From: Actinomycetes bacterium
GTDB lineage: Bacteria; Actinomycetota; Acidimicrobiia; Acidimicrobiales; JAJYXR01
Direction: 5' to 3'
DNA length: 64,000 bases
Assembly (NCBI GenBank): GCA_021801525.1
Contig: JAJYXW010000153.1
Location: 3,986-67,985, forward strand
Part shown: positions 17,308-26,688 of the stretch, piece by piece
Layout of the letters: each line of letters starts with the position of its first letter
Numbering within the stretch: the stretch's first letter is position 1
Position numbers and translations under genes: made by a program
The notes under the pieces: generated by a model
What the model was told of the DNA's origin: nothing
Seen by the model: the letters and a program-made list of their open reading frames with translations, nothing else
Database searches by the model: none

Positions 17308-18536
17308 GGCGATCGGGCGGTGAGCGGTTCGCTCTGGTTGCAGGCGGGGGCACGGTAGGGCACGCTGCACCGGCGCTTGCCGTGGCTGAGGAGCTAGCCG
17401 CACGAAGGGGATGCGACTCTGTGGAGCTGGTCGGGTCGTACCGTGGCAGCGGAGCGGAGCTGTTTGCAGGATCCGGGCTGCCGGTCACACTCCTGCCAGG
17501 TCGCGGGATCAGGCGAAGCTTCGCTCCGGGAGCCATGGTGGGGAACCTGCTGGCGCTCTGCGGGTTGGCGGTTGGGTTAGCTAGATCCCTGGCGCTGGTC
17601 GCGCTCCGGCGTCCAAGGGTCGTCGTCGCGCTGGGCGGCTTCGGCAGCATCCCCCCAGCGCTGGCAGCCGTCGCGGCTCGGGTGCCGTTGGTGGTGGTGA
17701 ACATCGACGTAGTCCCTGGAGCAGCCAACCGGCTGCTCGCAAGGCTGGCAGCCGCGTGCGCCGTCGCCTGGCCCGGCACTGATCTGCCTCGCGCGAGGGT
17801 GACAGGCGCGCCTCTGCGTCGTGAGATCGCAGATCTCGGCACCGCGCCACCAGGTAGGGCCGCGGCCCGCGAGAAGCTTGGCCTTCCACTCGACAGGCTG
17901 GTGGTGGGGGCGTTCGGCGGCTCACTGGGAGCCAGGCGCCTGAACGAGGCCGTATTGGACCTGGCCAAGCAGTGGGCACTCCGCCAGGACGTCGCGATCT
18001 ACCACGTGACCGGCAAGAGGGACCGCGACTGGGCGGCGGATATGTCCCCGAGGATCGGCGAGGATGGACTCGTCTACATGCAGGTCGCCTACGAGGAGCG
18101 GATGGACCTGCTCTACAGCGCTGTCGACGTCGTAGTCTGCCGGGCCGGCGCAATGACCATGGCGGAGCTGGCGGCGTTGGGCGTTCCGGCTGTGGTGGTG
18201 CCGATCCCGTGGGCGCCGAGGGATCACCAGAGCGCGAATGCCCGCGTCCTAGAGCGCCACGGAGCCGCGTTGGTCCTACCAGACGGCGAGTGCACTGGCG
18301 AGCGCCTGGACGAGCTGCTTGGCGAGATCTTGGCAGGCACCGAGCGCCTGTCGGACATGGCCGGCGCGGCCCGATCTCTGGGCAGGTCAGGAGCGACTTC
18401 GGCGGTGGCGGACCTGGTGGAGGAGGTAGCGCTCGGGAGCCTGGGAGGGGGCCGGAGCCTGCGACGTGGTCGGAGCCTGCGAGGTGGTCGGAGCCTGCGG
18501 AGTCGCCATGCGACTGGGGAGAAGGTGCCGAGGTGA
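17304..18536 (+). CDS. murG: UDP-N-acetylglucosamine--N-acetylmuramyl-(pentapeptide) pyrophosphoryl-undecaprenol GlcNAc transferase
   Basis: [14 protein letters not shown] and [13 protein letters not shown] motifs. dcw position. Confidence 0.9.
   Translation: MRRSGGERFALVAGGGTVGHAAPALAVAEELAARRGCDSVELVGSYRGSGAELFAGSGLPVTLLPGRGIRRSFAPGAMVGNLLALCGLAVGLARSLALVALRRPRVVVALGGFGSIPPALAAVAARVPLVVVNIDVVPGAANRLLARLAAACAVAWPGTDLPRARVTGAPLRREIADLGTAPPGRAAAREKLGLPLDRLVVGAFGGSLGARRLNEAVLDLAKQWALRQDVAIYHVTGKRDRDWAADMSPRIGEDGLVYMQVAYEERMDLLYSAVDVVVCRAGAMTMAELAALGVPAVVVPIPWAPRDHQSANARVLERHGAALVLPDGECTGERLDELLGEILAGTERLSDMAGAARSLGRSGATSAVADLVEEVALGSLGGGRSLRRGRSLRGGRSLRSRHATGEKVPR
18450..18503 (+). repeat. 18-bp in-frame tandem repeat GGTCGGAGCCTGCGAGGT x3 at the murG 3' end
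   Basis: Encodes [18 protein letters not shown]. Confidence 0.9.
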
Positions 18537-19957
18537 GCGATCAGGCGCATCCCACGACGAAGGCTCTGGCTGGAGTGCGCAGTGTTCATATCGTGGGCAT
18601 TGGTGGCGCAGGAATGAGCGCCATAGCAACCGTGCTCGAGGGAATGGGGTATCGCGTGAGCGGAAGCGACATGAAGAGCTCCCCGCTGCTTCGCCGGCTT
18701 CGCGCAACAGGGGTGGAAGTGTCCATCGGGCACGATCCCCGGAACGTCCAAGGCGCAGACCTGGTTACGGCGTCAACCGCGGTGAAGGACTCCAACCCCG
18801 AGCTCGTGGAAGCTAGGCGGCGCGGCTTGCCGGTGATGAGCCGGGCGGCTGTGCTTTCTGCTATAGCTTCCTCCCGGCGCTGCATCGCGGTGTCCGGCAC
18901 CCATGGCAAGACCACCACAACCTCGATGCTCGCGCTCGTCCTGGTGGAGGCCGGTCTCCACCCCGCGTTCTTGATCGGCGGGGACGTGAACGAGATCGGC
19001 ACCAACGCGGTGTGGGACAGCGGGGAATGGCTGGTGGTCGAGGCAGACGAGAGCGACGGGACGTTCCTGGAGCTCGCGCCCGAGGTCGCGGTGGTCACGA
19101 ACGTCGAGCCCGACCACTTGGACTACTACGGGAGCTTCGAAGCGCTGGTAGGGGCTTTCGAGAGCTTCTGCTCCAGCGCGAGGTACCGACTGGTGGCGGG
19201 CGCTGACAACGAGGTCTCGGCCGGGCTCGCGGCCCGGCATGGCGGGGTGCTCGTCGGCACCTCGGAACGCGCGACGTACCGGATAGAGGGCTTGGTGACC
19301 GGATCGAGCGGCACGCGCTTCGACATCCAGCGCGACGGAGCGCTTCTCGGGAGCCTTTCGCTTGCGGTGCCCGGAGCGCACAACGCTCGGAACGCCGCGT
19401 TAGCCGCGGCGAGCGCGATGGAGATCGGTGTGCCGTTCGAGGCTGCAGAGCGTGCTCTGGCGCGATTCGCGGGCGTGGCGCGCCGCTTCGAGGCTCGCGG
19501 GGAGCTGGCCGGTGCGAGGTTCGTCGACGACTACGCTCATCTGCCAGGCGAGGTCGAGGCAGCGATTGCCACGGCGCGCGCCTGCGAGCCCGACGGTCGC
19601 ATCGTCGCGGTGTTCCAGCCGCATCGCTATTCGCGCACGGCGGCATTGCACGAAAGCTTCGGGCACGCGTTCGGCGGCGTGGACGTGCTGCTCGTCACGG
19701 ATGTCTACGCGGCAGGTGAGACACCCGTGCCCGGCGTGACGGGCCGGCTGGTCGCCGAGGCTGTGGCGAACGCGCACCCGGAAGTGGCCGTCGCCTACGT
19801 GCCGAGCCGGGCGAAGCTGGTGGAGGAGCTGCTGTCGCTGCTGGTGGCCGGTGACCTCTGCCTCACCCTTGGTGCCGGGGACATCACCTCGTTGGCGGAG
19901 GAGGTGGTCGCGGTCGCGGGTGAGGGGGACGGCCCAGGGGAGGGATCGACCCCATGA
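18533..19957 (+). CDS. murC: UDP-N-acetylmuramate--L-alanine ligase
   Basis: VHIVGIGGAGMSAIA and GTHGKTTTTSM motifs. GTG at 18533 overlaps the murG stop (GTGA). Track ORF 17972.. trimmed. Confidence 0.9.
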   Translation: MSDQAHPTTKALAGVRSVHIVGIGGAGMSAIATVLEGMGYRVSGSDMKSSPLLRRLRATGVEVSIGHDPRNVQGADLVTASTAVKDSNPELVEARRRGLPVMSRAAVLSAIASSRRCIAVSGTHGKTTTTSMLALVLVEAGLHPAFLIGGDVNEIGTNAVWDSGEWLVVEADESDGTFLELAPEVAVVTNVEPDHLDYYGSFEALVGAFESFCSSARYRLVAGADNEVSAGLAARHGGVLVGTSERATYRIEGLVTGSSGTRFDIQRDGALLGSLSLAVPGAHNARNAALAAASAMEIGVPFEAAERALARFAGVARRFEARGELAGARFVDDYAHLPGEVEAAIATARACEPDGRIVAVFQPHRYSRTAALHESFGHAFGGVDVLLVTDVYAAGETPVPGVTGRLVAEAVANAHPEVAVAYVPSRAKLVEELLSLLVAGDLCLTLGAGDITSLAEEVVAVAGEGDGPGEGSTP

Positions 19958-20955
19958 GCGGGGGTACGCTCCGCTCCAGCAGCCTCGTCCTGCGCGAGCT
20001 CCAGGCTCGACTCGGAGCCCTCGCTCGGATCGAGGCGCCGCTCGGTGCTCGCACCACCTATCGCGTCGGCGGACCTGCCGCCCTCATGGTGGAGGTCTCA
20101 TCCGAGGAGGACCTGGCCCGGGTGCACGACGCGGTCGCCTCGGTGTCGGCTATGGCGGATGTCCCGCTCTCTCTCGGAGGTGAGTCAGGCAGTACCGGCA
20201 ATACCGAGGGGTCCGTGCAGGTGCTCGTCCTTGGCAAGGGATCCAATCTCCTCGTAGCAGACAGCGGCTTCGACGGGCTGGTCGTCGCGCTCGGACCTGG
20301 CCTTGCCTGGGTGGAGATCGAGGGGTTACATGCCAGGGCAGGAGCAGCCACCGGTTTGCCGGTGGTCGCCAGGCAGACGGCGCACTCGAGCCTCACCGGC
20401 TTCGAATGGGCTGTCGGAGTCCCAGGATCTCTCGGGGGAGCGGTGCGGATGAACGCCGGCGGCCACGGCTCGGACATGGCTGCCACGCTCGTAAGGTGCA
20501 GGATCTTCGATCTGGAGTCCGGCGAGGCCCGCGACGTGCCGGCGCGCTGCCTCTCGTTAGGGTACAGGAGCTCGACACTCTCGCCTCACCAAGTAGTCGT
20601 GTGGGGGGAGATGGAGCTGGCTGCAGGCGAGCGACAGGTGTCGGAGGCCACCATTACCTCGATTGTGCGGTGGCGCCGGGAGAACCAGCCTGGGGGATCC
20701 AACGCTGGGTCGGTCTTCGCCAACCCGAATGGCGACTCGGCGGGGAGGCTGATAGAGGAGGCGGGCCTCAAAGGGTTCCGGATCGGATCCGCTCAGGTAT
20801 CTCCCAAGCACGCGAACTTCATCCAGGCAGACGAGGGGGGGTCAGCAGACGACGTGTTGTGCTTGATCGACCATGTGAAGGAAGAGGTTGCACGCAGATC
20901 GGGTGTGCACCTGGTTCCGGAGGTAAGGCTCGCCGGTTTCAGGGGGAGGGCATAA
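19954..20955 (+). CDS. murB: UDP-N-acetylenolpyruvoylglucosamine reductase
   Basis: FAD-binding RVGGPA...GKGSNLLV and C-terminal GSVFANP...GFRIGSAQVSPKHANF motifs. ATGA overlap with murC. Confidence 0.9.
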   Translation: MSGGTLRSSSLVLRELQARLGALARIEAPLGARTTYRVGGPAALMVEVSSEEDLARVHDAVASVSAMADVPLSLGGESGSTGNTEGSVQVLVLGKGSNLLVADSGFDGLVVALGPGLAWVEIEGLHARAGAATGLPVVARQTAHSSLTGFEWAVGVPGSLGGAVRMNAGGHGSDMAATLVRCRIFDLESGEARDVPARCLSLGYRSSTLSPHQVVVWGEMELAAGERQVSEATITSIVRWRRENQPGGSNAGSVFANPNGDSAGRLIEEAGLKGFRIGSAQVSPKHANFIQADEGGSADDVLCLIDHVKEEVARRSGVHLVPEVRLAGFRGRA

Positions 20956-20996
20956 CCGTTACTCCAACTGTAACCCTCTAGTGGAGGTGTAGTGTT

Positions 20997-21929
20997 GTGA
21001 CCACAACAAGCAGCCCGCCCCGAACAAGGCAAGCCGGCGCATCCAGAAGGACTGCTCCCCCAGACAGCGCCGACTCGGCAGGCAACGCCAGCACCTCGAG
21101 GCGGGCAATAGACCCGAGGATCCGAGAGCGCAGGAGGGCAGTGGCCCGCGCCGCCGTCCGCCAGAGGCGCAGGGTAGCAATGGCTGCCGTCGTAGTCGTC
21201 GGGTTGCTGGGGGCGGCAGTCGGTGCTGCATACTCGCCGTGGCTTTCTGCTCGTCATGTCGTAGTACGCGGGGCCGGTCCAGGCGGCAGCGCCGCGGTCG
21301 TGTCCGCAGCTGGCCTTGTTGGCGCCCCGCCGATGATCGACGTGAACCCTGCCGCCGCGAGCGCCAGGATAGAGCGCCTTCCATGGGTGGACCGGGCGGC
21401 GGTTGCTCGCCGCTGGCCTGACACCGTGGTGGTCCGGGTGACCAGGCGCGTCCCCGTGGCCGTCATGGCGCGCCCGGGGGGCGGCTTGGCCCTTGTCGAC
21501 GCTGCTGGCCGGGTGATCTCGTGGCTCGGAGGAGCACCGGGAGCACCGGGAGCACCGGGCTCGCGGGGGGCATCGGCGGGGGCTCTGCGGGGAAACGCGT
21601 ATCCAGTGCTCCCGAAGATCGACGCTCCGGGCAAGGCCGGGTTCCCAGGCAGCTACGTGGGGAAGTCCGCGGCACCGGGGCTGGCGGTAGCGGCCGCCAT
21701 TCCGCCGGTGATGGCGGGACAGGTGTCGCTCGTGGAGGTGGGGCCGAACGGATCGGTGCGCCTGGTGCTCACGAGTGGGGTGGAAGCGCTCATGGGATCT
21801 TCCACCCAGATCAGGGCCAAGTTCGAGGCCCTTGCAAGCGTGCTCCGCGCGGCTCCGCCCAAGGGACCGGCGCTCGTGGACGTCGCTACGCCGAACGAGC
21901 CCACCGTCGGTCCGCTCACGGGCTCGTAG
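20997..21929 (+). CDS. ftsQ: Cell division protein FtsQ
   Basis: Basic N-terminus, one TM helix, POTRA-like VVVRGAG...V...RIERLPWV...V.R.WPDTVVV. Contains a 9-bp x3 repeat at 21531-21557 (GAPGAPGAP). Confidence 0.8.
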   Translation: MTTTSSPPRTRQAGASRRTAPPDSADSAGNASTSRRAIDPRIRERRRAVARAAVRQRRRVAMAAVVVVGLLGAAVGAAYSPWLSARHVVVRGAGPGGSAAVVSAAGLVGAPPMIDVNPAAASARIERLPWVDRAAVARRWPDTVVVRVTRRVPVAVMARPGGGLALVDAAGRVISWLGGAPGAPGAPGSRGASAGALRGNAYPVLPKIDAPGKAGFPGSYVGKSAAPGLAVAAAIPPVMAGQVSLVEVGPNGSVRLVLTSGVEALMGSSTQIRAKFEALASVLRAAPPKGPALVDVATPNEPTVGPLTGS

Positions 21930-21937
21930 GCTTCCGC

Positions 21938-21966
21938 TTGACCGGGCCGTGGGACAGCCGTAAGGT
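21938..21966 (+). promoter_or_regulatory. Candidate ftsZ promoter TTGACC-N17-TAAGGT
   Basis: TTGACC at 21938-21943, a 17-nt spacer, then TAAGGT at 21961-21966 in the 230-nt ftsQ-ftsZ spacer. GAGGAG Shine-Dalgarno precedes the ATG at 22160. Confidence 0.4.
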
Positions 21967-22159
21967 GGGTTCGCCTCGGTCGGTACCGGCTCGAGCTGTG
22001 GTCGAGGGTGAGGTGCTCTATGCGCAAAGTCCCCGTGCGCGCTGTGATGTGCATCGCACTAGGTGTCGCCTCACCGAGCCCGATCATGGGGTGGGAGGCA
22101 GTACATAGGTGATCGGGCCTGACCCGCGGGGAGAGCGTCGGCTGGGACGAGGAGAATCG

Positions 22160-23281
22160 ATGACTGCAACTGGACTTGGCGCAACAGGTCAGGGCAACTA
22201 CTTCGCCGTAATAAAGGTCGTGGGGGTCGGCGGAGGCGGGGTCAACGCGGTGAACCGGATGATCGAGGCGGGGCTGCGCGGCGTGGAGTTCATCGCTGCC
22301 AACACCGACGCGCAGGCGCTGTTGATGAGCGACGCGGACTTGAAGCTCGACATAGGCCGTGAGCTCACCCGTGGGCTCGGGGCGGGGAGTGATCCCGAGG
22401 TGGGGCGCCAGGCCGCCGAAGAGCACCGTGTGGAGATAGAGGAGTCCCTGAAGGGGGCCGACATGGTCTTCATCACGGCCGGTAAGGGCGGCGGGACCGG
22501 CACCGGTGCCGCTCCGGTGTTCGCCGAGATCGCCAAGGCGGCGGGAGCCCTCACCATAGGCGTCGTCACGCGGCCCTTCTCCTTCGAGGGCCGGCGCCGC
22601 TCCGTCCAGGCCGAGCAAGGGATCCAGAACCTGAAGGAGAAGGTCGACGCGATCATCATCATCCCCAACGACAGGCTCCTCACTGTCTCCACCGACAAGA
22701 CTTCGATGATGAACGCTTTCAAGATGGCGGACGAGGTGCTGCTGCAGGGGGTCCAGGGGATAACCGATCTCATAACCGTCCCCGGGCAGATCAACACCGA
22801 CTTCGCAGACGTCCGCATGGTGTTGTCCAACGCAGGAACGGCCATCATGGGCATCGGCCAGGCGTCGGGCGAGGGTCGTGCGGTCAACGGGGCGCGAGCC
22901 GCGATAACGAGCCCGCTGCTGGAGTCGTCCATCGAGGGTGCCCGCGGGATCCTCGTGAACATAGCGGGTGGCCCCGAGCTCGGCCTCTTCGAGGTGAACG
23001 AAGCCATGGAGATAATCCATGGCGTCGCCCACCCGGACGCGAACATCATCTTCGGCAACGTCATAGACGAGTCGATGGGCGACGATGTCCGTGTGACCGT
23101 CATAGCCGCCGGCTTCGAGCGCTGGGACGAGGGAAGGGTTGGCGACCCTGCGCCGGGCGAGCGCAGCAGGGTGCTCGGTTCAGACGGTGGCCATGTGGTA
23201 GGCGACATCTTCTCCACGCCCCCCGAGGAGGACGACGTCGAGCTCGACGACGAGTTCGACGTTCCCTCCTTTCTGCGCTGA
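22160..23281 (+). CDS. ftsZ: Cell division GTPase FtsZ
   Basis: [15 protein letters not shown], the tubulin signature [18 protein letters not shown], and the C-terminal [11 protein letters not shown] peptide. Confidence 0.97.
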   Translation: MTATGLGATGQGNYFAVIKVVGVGGGGVNAVNRMIEAGLRGVEFIAANTDAQALLMSDADLKLDIGRELTRGLGAGSDPEVGRQAAEEHRVEIEESLKGADMVFITAGKGGGTGTGAAPVFAEIAKAAGALTIGVVTRPFSFEGRRRSVQAEQGIQNLKEKVDAIIIIPNDRLLTVSTDKTSMMNAFKMADEVLLQGVQGITDLITVPGQINTDFADVRMVLSNAGTAIMGIGQASGEGRAVNGARAAITSPLLESSIEGARGILVNIAGGPELGLFEVNEAMEIIHGVAHPDANIIFGNVIDESMGDDVRVTVIAAGFERWDEGRVGDPAPGERSRVLGSDGGHVVGDIFSTPPEEDDVELDDEFDVPSFLR

Positions 23282-23355
23282 GGGCCTGCGCTGAGAGCCG
23301 GTACGACGCCCGGAATCTCCGACGCAGTTCTCCGGTCGGCAGGCCCGACGACGAC

Positions 23356-23375
23356 TGGTACAATGAGTCGTACCA
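23356..23375 (+). promoter_or_regulatory. Palindromic operator candidate TGGTAC-N8-GTACCA overlapping an extended -10 (TGgTACAAT)
   Basis: The two GTAC cores are 12 bp apart centre to centre. TACAAT lies at 23359-23364, 32 nt upstream of the yefM GTG. Confidence 0.45.
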
Positions 23376-23395
23376 ACGTTGAAGGAAGGGCAGCC

Positions 23396-23644
23396 GTGAC
23401 CGTCACCGCCAGCGAGGCCCGCAAGAACCTGTTCCCGCTCATCGAGCAAGTCAACGACGACCGCCAGCCGATCGAAATCACCTCTCGCCGGGGCGACGCC
23501 GTGTTGGTGTCGCGGGCCGACTGGGAAGCGCTGAACGAGACGGCCATGCTGCTAAGGGTGCCTGCCAACGCCCAGTGGTTGCTGGAGAGCCTGGCAGAGG
23601 CCCGCGCCGGGGTACTAGAAGAGCACACCCTCGATCGGAGCTAG
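23396..23644 (+). CDS. yefM: Type II antitoxin, Phd/YefM family
   Basis: VTASEARKNLFPLIEQVNDDRQPIEITSRRGDAVLVSRADWEALNETAMLL. GTG at 23396 is preceded by GGAAGG. The track start at 23363 lies inside the operator palindrome. Confidence 0.85.
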   Translation: MTVTASEARKNLFPLIEQVNDDRQPIEITSRRGDAVLVSRADWEALNETAMLLRVPANAQWLLESLAEARAGVLEEHTLDRS

Positions 23645-23905
23645 GTGCGCCTAGTTTTCACCCCTCGCGGGTGGAAGGACTACGTCTGGTGGCAGGCGAA
23701 TGACCGGGCCACGCTGAAGCGGATCAATCGGCTGGTCGACGAAGCTCTGCGCGATCCGACGGCAGGCATTGGAAAGCCGGAACCGTTGCGCCACGTGCTC
23801 TCCGGATGCTGGTCACGGCGCATTGACGAGGAGCACCGGCTTGTGTATCTCGTTGACGGCGAGGACTTGATCGTCCTGCAGGCCCGTTACCACTACGAGG
23901 CCTAG
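23645..23905 (+). CDS. yoeB: Type II toxin, Txe/YoeB family mRNA interferase
   Basis: FTPRGWKDYVWW...LKRINRLV...GIGKPEPL...WSRRIDEEHRLVY...RYHY. The start abuts the yefM stop. Confidence 0.88.
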   Translation: MRLVFTPRGWKDYVWWQANDRATLKRINRLVDEALRDPTAGIGKPEPLRHVLSGCWSRRIDEEHRLVYLVDGEDLIVLQARYHYEA

Positions 23906-23919
23906 AACGCCGAGCGACG

Positions 23920-24849
23920 ATGATCCAAAGCACGGAAGCCCCACTACTTACCGGGCAGCACCGCCTGGCGCCATCCTGGAGAGCGTGTGCTAGCTGCCTG
24001 GTCCCGCTATGTTCATCAGACATGCTGGGTTCATCGGGCATGCTGGCTTCATCGGACCCGGAAGGCCCTTTCGCCAGGCTCGTCGAGCTTCCGGGCACTC
24101 CAGTGACGGCTTGCTTCACCACGCGCCTTGCAGGCGATCTGCGAGACGCCGCAGGCGCCTGGTGGCGGGATGTCCTCGGAGACCTGCTAACCGGAGCCGA
24201 GGGAACCCATCCAGTGGGTCCGTCTTGTCCGGGGCGTGTCGTTCTTGCCCAGCAGGTTCACGGCGCGGGAGTAGCAGTAGTGGGGCCGGGGGATCACGAG
24301 GCCGTTGCCACCCCGGCGTCGGGTGCCGATGCCGGGGTGGCGGAGTCCCTAACACCTGGAGCGGGTGTGGCAGCCGAGGCTGATGCCCTCGTGTCGGGCG
24401 AGGCCGGAACGTGCCTGGGAGTGCTCAGCGCGGACTGCGTTCCGATTGCGCTCGGGTCCCCAGAGGGCATGTTCGCAGCAGTTCACGCCGGCTGGCGGGG
24501 GTTGGCGGCTGGCGTCGTCGAAAGTGCGGTGACCGTCCTCAGGTCGATGGGCGCGACACGCGTGGCCGGCGCTGCCGGCGCTTGCATCGGGCCGTGCTGC
24601 TACGAGTTCTCGCCCGGCGATCTGGACGTCGCGCTGCGCGCGATCGGTGGCACGGCGAGATCGTTCACGCGTGGCGGGCGAGCGGCGCTCGACTTGCGCG
24701 CGGGGGTGCGCGAGGCATGTGCGCGTAGCGGCGTGGATCTCGTGTGGCAGTCGGATGCCTGTACTGCGTGTGGAGAGGGATGGTACTCGTACAGGGCCAG
24801 AGGCGACGAAGGGCGCCAGGGTGTTCTCGTCTGGCGCAGCGGCGCGTGA
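23920..24849 (+). CDS. pgeF: Peptidoglycan editing factor PgeF / YfiH (laccase-domain, DUF152) protein
   Basis: ADCVPIAL, HAGWRG and GPCCYEF motifs. Start uncertain: the N-terminus contains an 18-bp x2 repeat at 24021-24056. Confidence 0.8.
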   Translation: MIQSTEAPLLTGQHRLAPSWRACASCLVPLCSSDMLGSSGMLASSDPEGPFARLVELPGTPVTACFTTRLAGDLRDAAGAWWRDVLGDLLTGAEGTHPVGPSCPGRVVLAQQVHGAGVAVVGPGDHEAVATPASGADAGVAESLTPGAGVAAEADALVSGEAGTCLGVLSADCVPIALGSPEGMFAAVHAGWRGLAAGVVESAVTVLRSMGATRVAGAAGACIGPCCYEFSPGDLDVALRAIGGTARSFTRGGRAALDLRAGVREACARSGVDLVWQSDACTACGEGWYSYRARGDEGRQGVLVWRSGA

Positions 24850-24912
24850 GTGGGACAGCGCCAGCGGCGCGTGAGTGGGACAGCGCCAGCGGCGCGTGAG
24901 TGGGACAGCGCT
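24841..24912 (+). repeat. 25-bp tandem repeat GGCGCGTGAGTGGGACAGCGCCAGC x2.9 at the pgeF/yggS junction
   Basis: Units at 24841, 24866 and 24891 (partial). The first unit carries the pgeF TGA stop. Confidence 0.9.
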
Positions 24913-25629
24913 GTGAACGGGGAGGAGCTCTCGGCAGCCGGCCCGGGTAGGAGCCTGGAGCGCCAGGTTGCCGAGCGGCTCGGCGTGCTTCGTGAGCGTA
25001 TTGCGGCCTCGGGCCGCGACCCGGCCTCGGTGAAGGTGGTGGCAGTGACCAAGGGGCTTGGCTCCGATGTGGCCCGTGCCGCGCTCGCGTGCGGTCTGAC
25101 GGACCTCGGCGAGAACTATGCGAGCGAGCTGGCCACCAAGGCAGCGGAGGTGTCATCGTCGGCGTCTCCGGGCGCTCCTGTGCCGCGCTGGCATTTCCTC
25201 GGCAAGATCCACCGCCGTGACGCACGCAAGGTGGCAGCCTTCGTGTCGTGCTGGCAGTCGCTCGCATCCCTGCACGAGGCGGAGACGCTGGCTGCGGTGG
25301 CGCCCGGCGCGGACGTGCTGGTGCAAGTCGATGTGGCGGGCCTTCCGGGGCGCAATGGCTGCCGGCCTGGCGAGGTGGGAGGAATCGTGAGAGGCGCGTC
25401 GGGCCTCGGATTGTCGGTGATCGGGCTAATGGCGGTGGGACCGCCAGGAGAGCCTGACGAGGCGCTCCAGGCCTTCGAGTGGCTTGCCGGCATGGCACAC
25501 GAGATGGGGCTCGCGGAGGTCTCGATGGGGATGAGCGAAGATCTCGAGACAGCGCTGCGCGCGGGTGCCACCATGGTCCGAGTGGGCAGGGCGCTGTTCG
25601 GCCCTCGCGTCCAGATGCCCGCACGCTAG
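24913..25629 (+). CDS. yggS: YggS family pyridoxal-phosphate homeostasis protein
   Basis: VKVVAVTKG, HFLGKI, MGMSED and VRVGRALFG motifs. Start uncertain: GTG at 24913, or GTG at 24850 inside the repeat. Confidence 0.8.
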   Translation: MNGEELSAAGPGRSLERQVAERLGVLRERIAASGRDPASVKVVAVTKGLGSDVARAALACGLTDLGENYASELATKAAEVSSSASPGAPVPRWHFLGKIHRRDARKVAAFVSCWQSLASLHEAETLAAVAPGADVLVQVDVAGLPGRNGCRPGEVGGIVRGASGLGLSVIGLMAVGPPGEPDEALQAFEWLAGMAHEMGLAEVSMGMSEDLETALRAGATMVRVGRALFGPRVQMPAR

Positions 25630-25712
25630 GCGCGCCGCCCGCCAGCGGGCCGGTGGCGAGGATGCCACCCATGGGCCGGCACGCGCAGTAGTCTGTTTAC
25701 GAGGAGGGAGCG

Positions 25713-26258
25713 ATGGCGCAGGGATTCATGAAGCGGACTATGGCCTACCTGGGTCTGGTCGAGGACGACGAGTACGAAGAGTACGACGACTACGAGGCCA
25801 GGTCGCCAAGGGCAGCGCGGCCCGCTTCGTACCAGTCGCCTCCGGCGGAGCCAGAAGAGAGCCAGGCTTCGCAGGTCGGTGGATCGATTCGTACATTGCA
25901 GCGTGAGCGTGAAGAAGCTACTCAGGGCGCTCCTTCTACGAGCTCGCGGCCGGCTGTGGTCCGCCCGCTGCCGTCGGATGCCGCAGCCCGGGTCCATGTC
26001 GTGGCTCCGACGGAGTTCGTCGACGCCAAGCAGATCGCCGACCGGGTGATGGCGAGCCAGCCCGTGATCATCAACCTTCAGGTGGGAGGCGCGGAGCTGA
26101 GGCGGCGCATGATCGACTTCTGCAGCGGAGTCGCATACGCGCTCAACGGCAAGATGGAGCGGGTGGCCGACAAGGTCTACCTGATCACCCCTTCCAACGT
26201 CCGGGTGTCGGCGGAGGAGCGCCAGAGGCTCCAGCAGAACGGGTTGATGCGCTCGTGA
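25713..26258 (+). CDS. sepF: Cell division protein SepF
   Basis: N-terminal amphipathic MAQGFMKRTMAYLGLVEDD and the core V..P..F.DAKQIADRVMASQPVIINL. Confidence 0.9.
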   Translation: MAQGFMKRTMAYLGLVEDDEYEEYDDYEARSPRAARPASYQSPPAEPEESQASQVGGSIRTLQREREEATQGAPSTSSRPAVVRPLPSDAAARVHVVAPTEFVDAKQIADRVMASQPVIINLQVGGAELRRRMIDFCSGVAYALNGKMERVADKVYLITPSNVRVSAEERQRLQQNGLMRS

Positions 26259-26351
26259 CCGAGAGCCCGCTTGCCGGGCGGGCGGCCGGTCTACAGGGAT
26301 GCCCAGGCGCGCTTCAAATCCGCTGTCCGAGGGTGAAGGCGGGCAGCTGAG

Positions 26352-26621
26352 GTGATCGCACGAGTAGTCATCGACCTGATTCAGCTCTACATCGTCATAC
26401 TCATAGTTCGCGCCGTTCTCACGTGGTTCCCGACCGAGCCAGGTTCTGGGGTGGACCGGCTCGGACGATCCCTTGACAAGGTCACTGAGCCGGTGCTTGC
26501 TCCGGTGAGGAGGATCCTGCCCCCGATGCGCATGGGGGGCATGGGGATCGACCTGTCGATAATCGTGGTGCTGCTCGTGCTCGAGCTGCTCGTGATACCG
26601 GTGGTGGCCCGGGTTCTCTGA
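26352..26621 (+). CDS. yggT: YggT family membrane protein
   Basis: 89 aa, two TM helices, LIQLYIVILIVRAVLTWF and the EP.L.P.RR motif. Conserved position after sepF. Confidence 0.85.
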   Translation: MIARVVIDLIQLYIVILIVRAVLTWFPTEPGSGVDRLGRSLDKVTEPVLAPVRRILPPMRMGGMGIDLSIIVVLLVLELLVIPVVARVL

Positions 26622-26688
26622 GAGACATCGGGAGAGACATCCGCAGCATCCCCCTTTCGGCGACGCGATATCGGTAATATCAGCCAGC

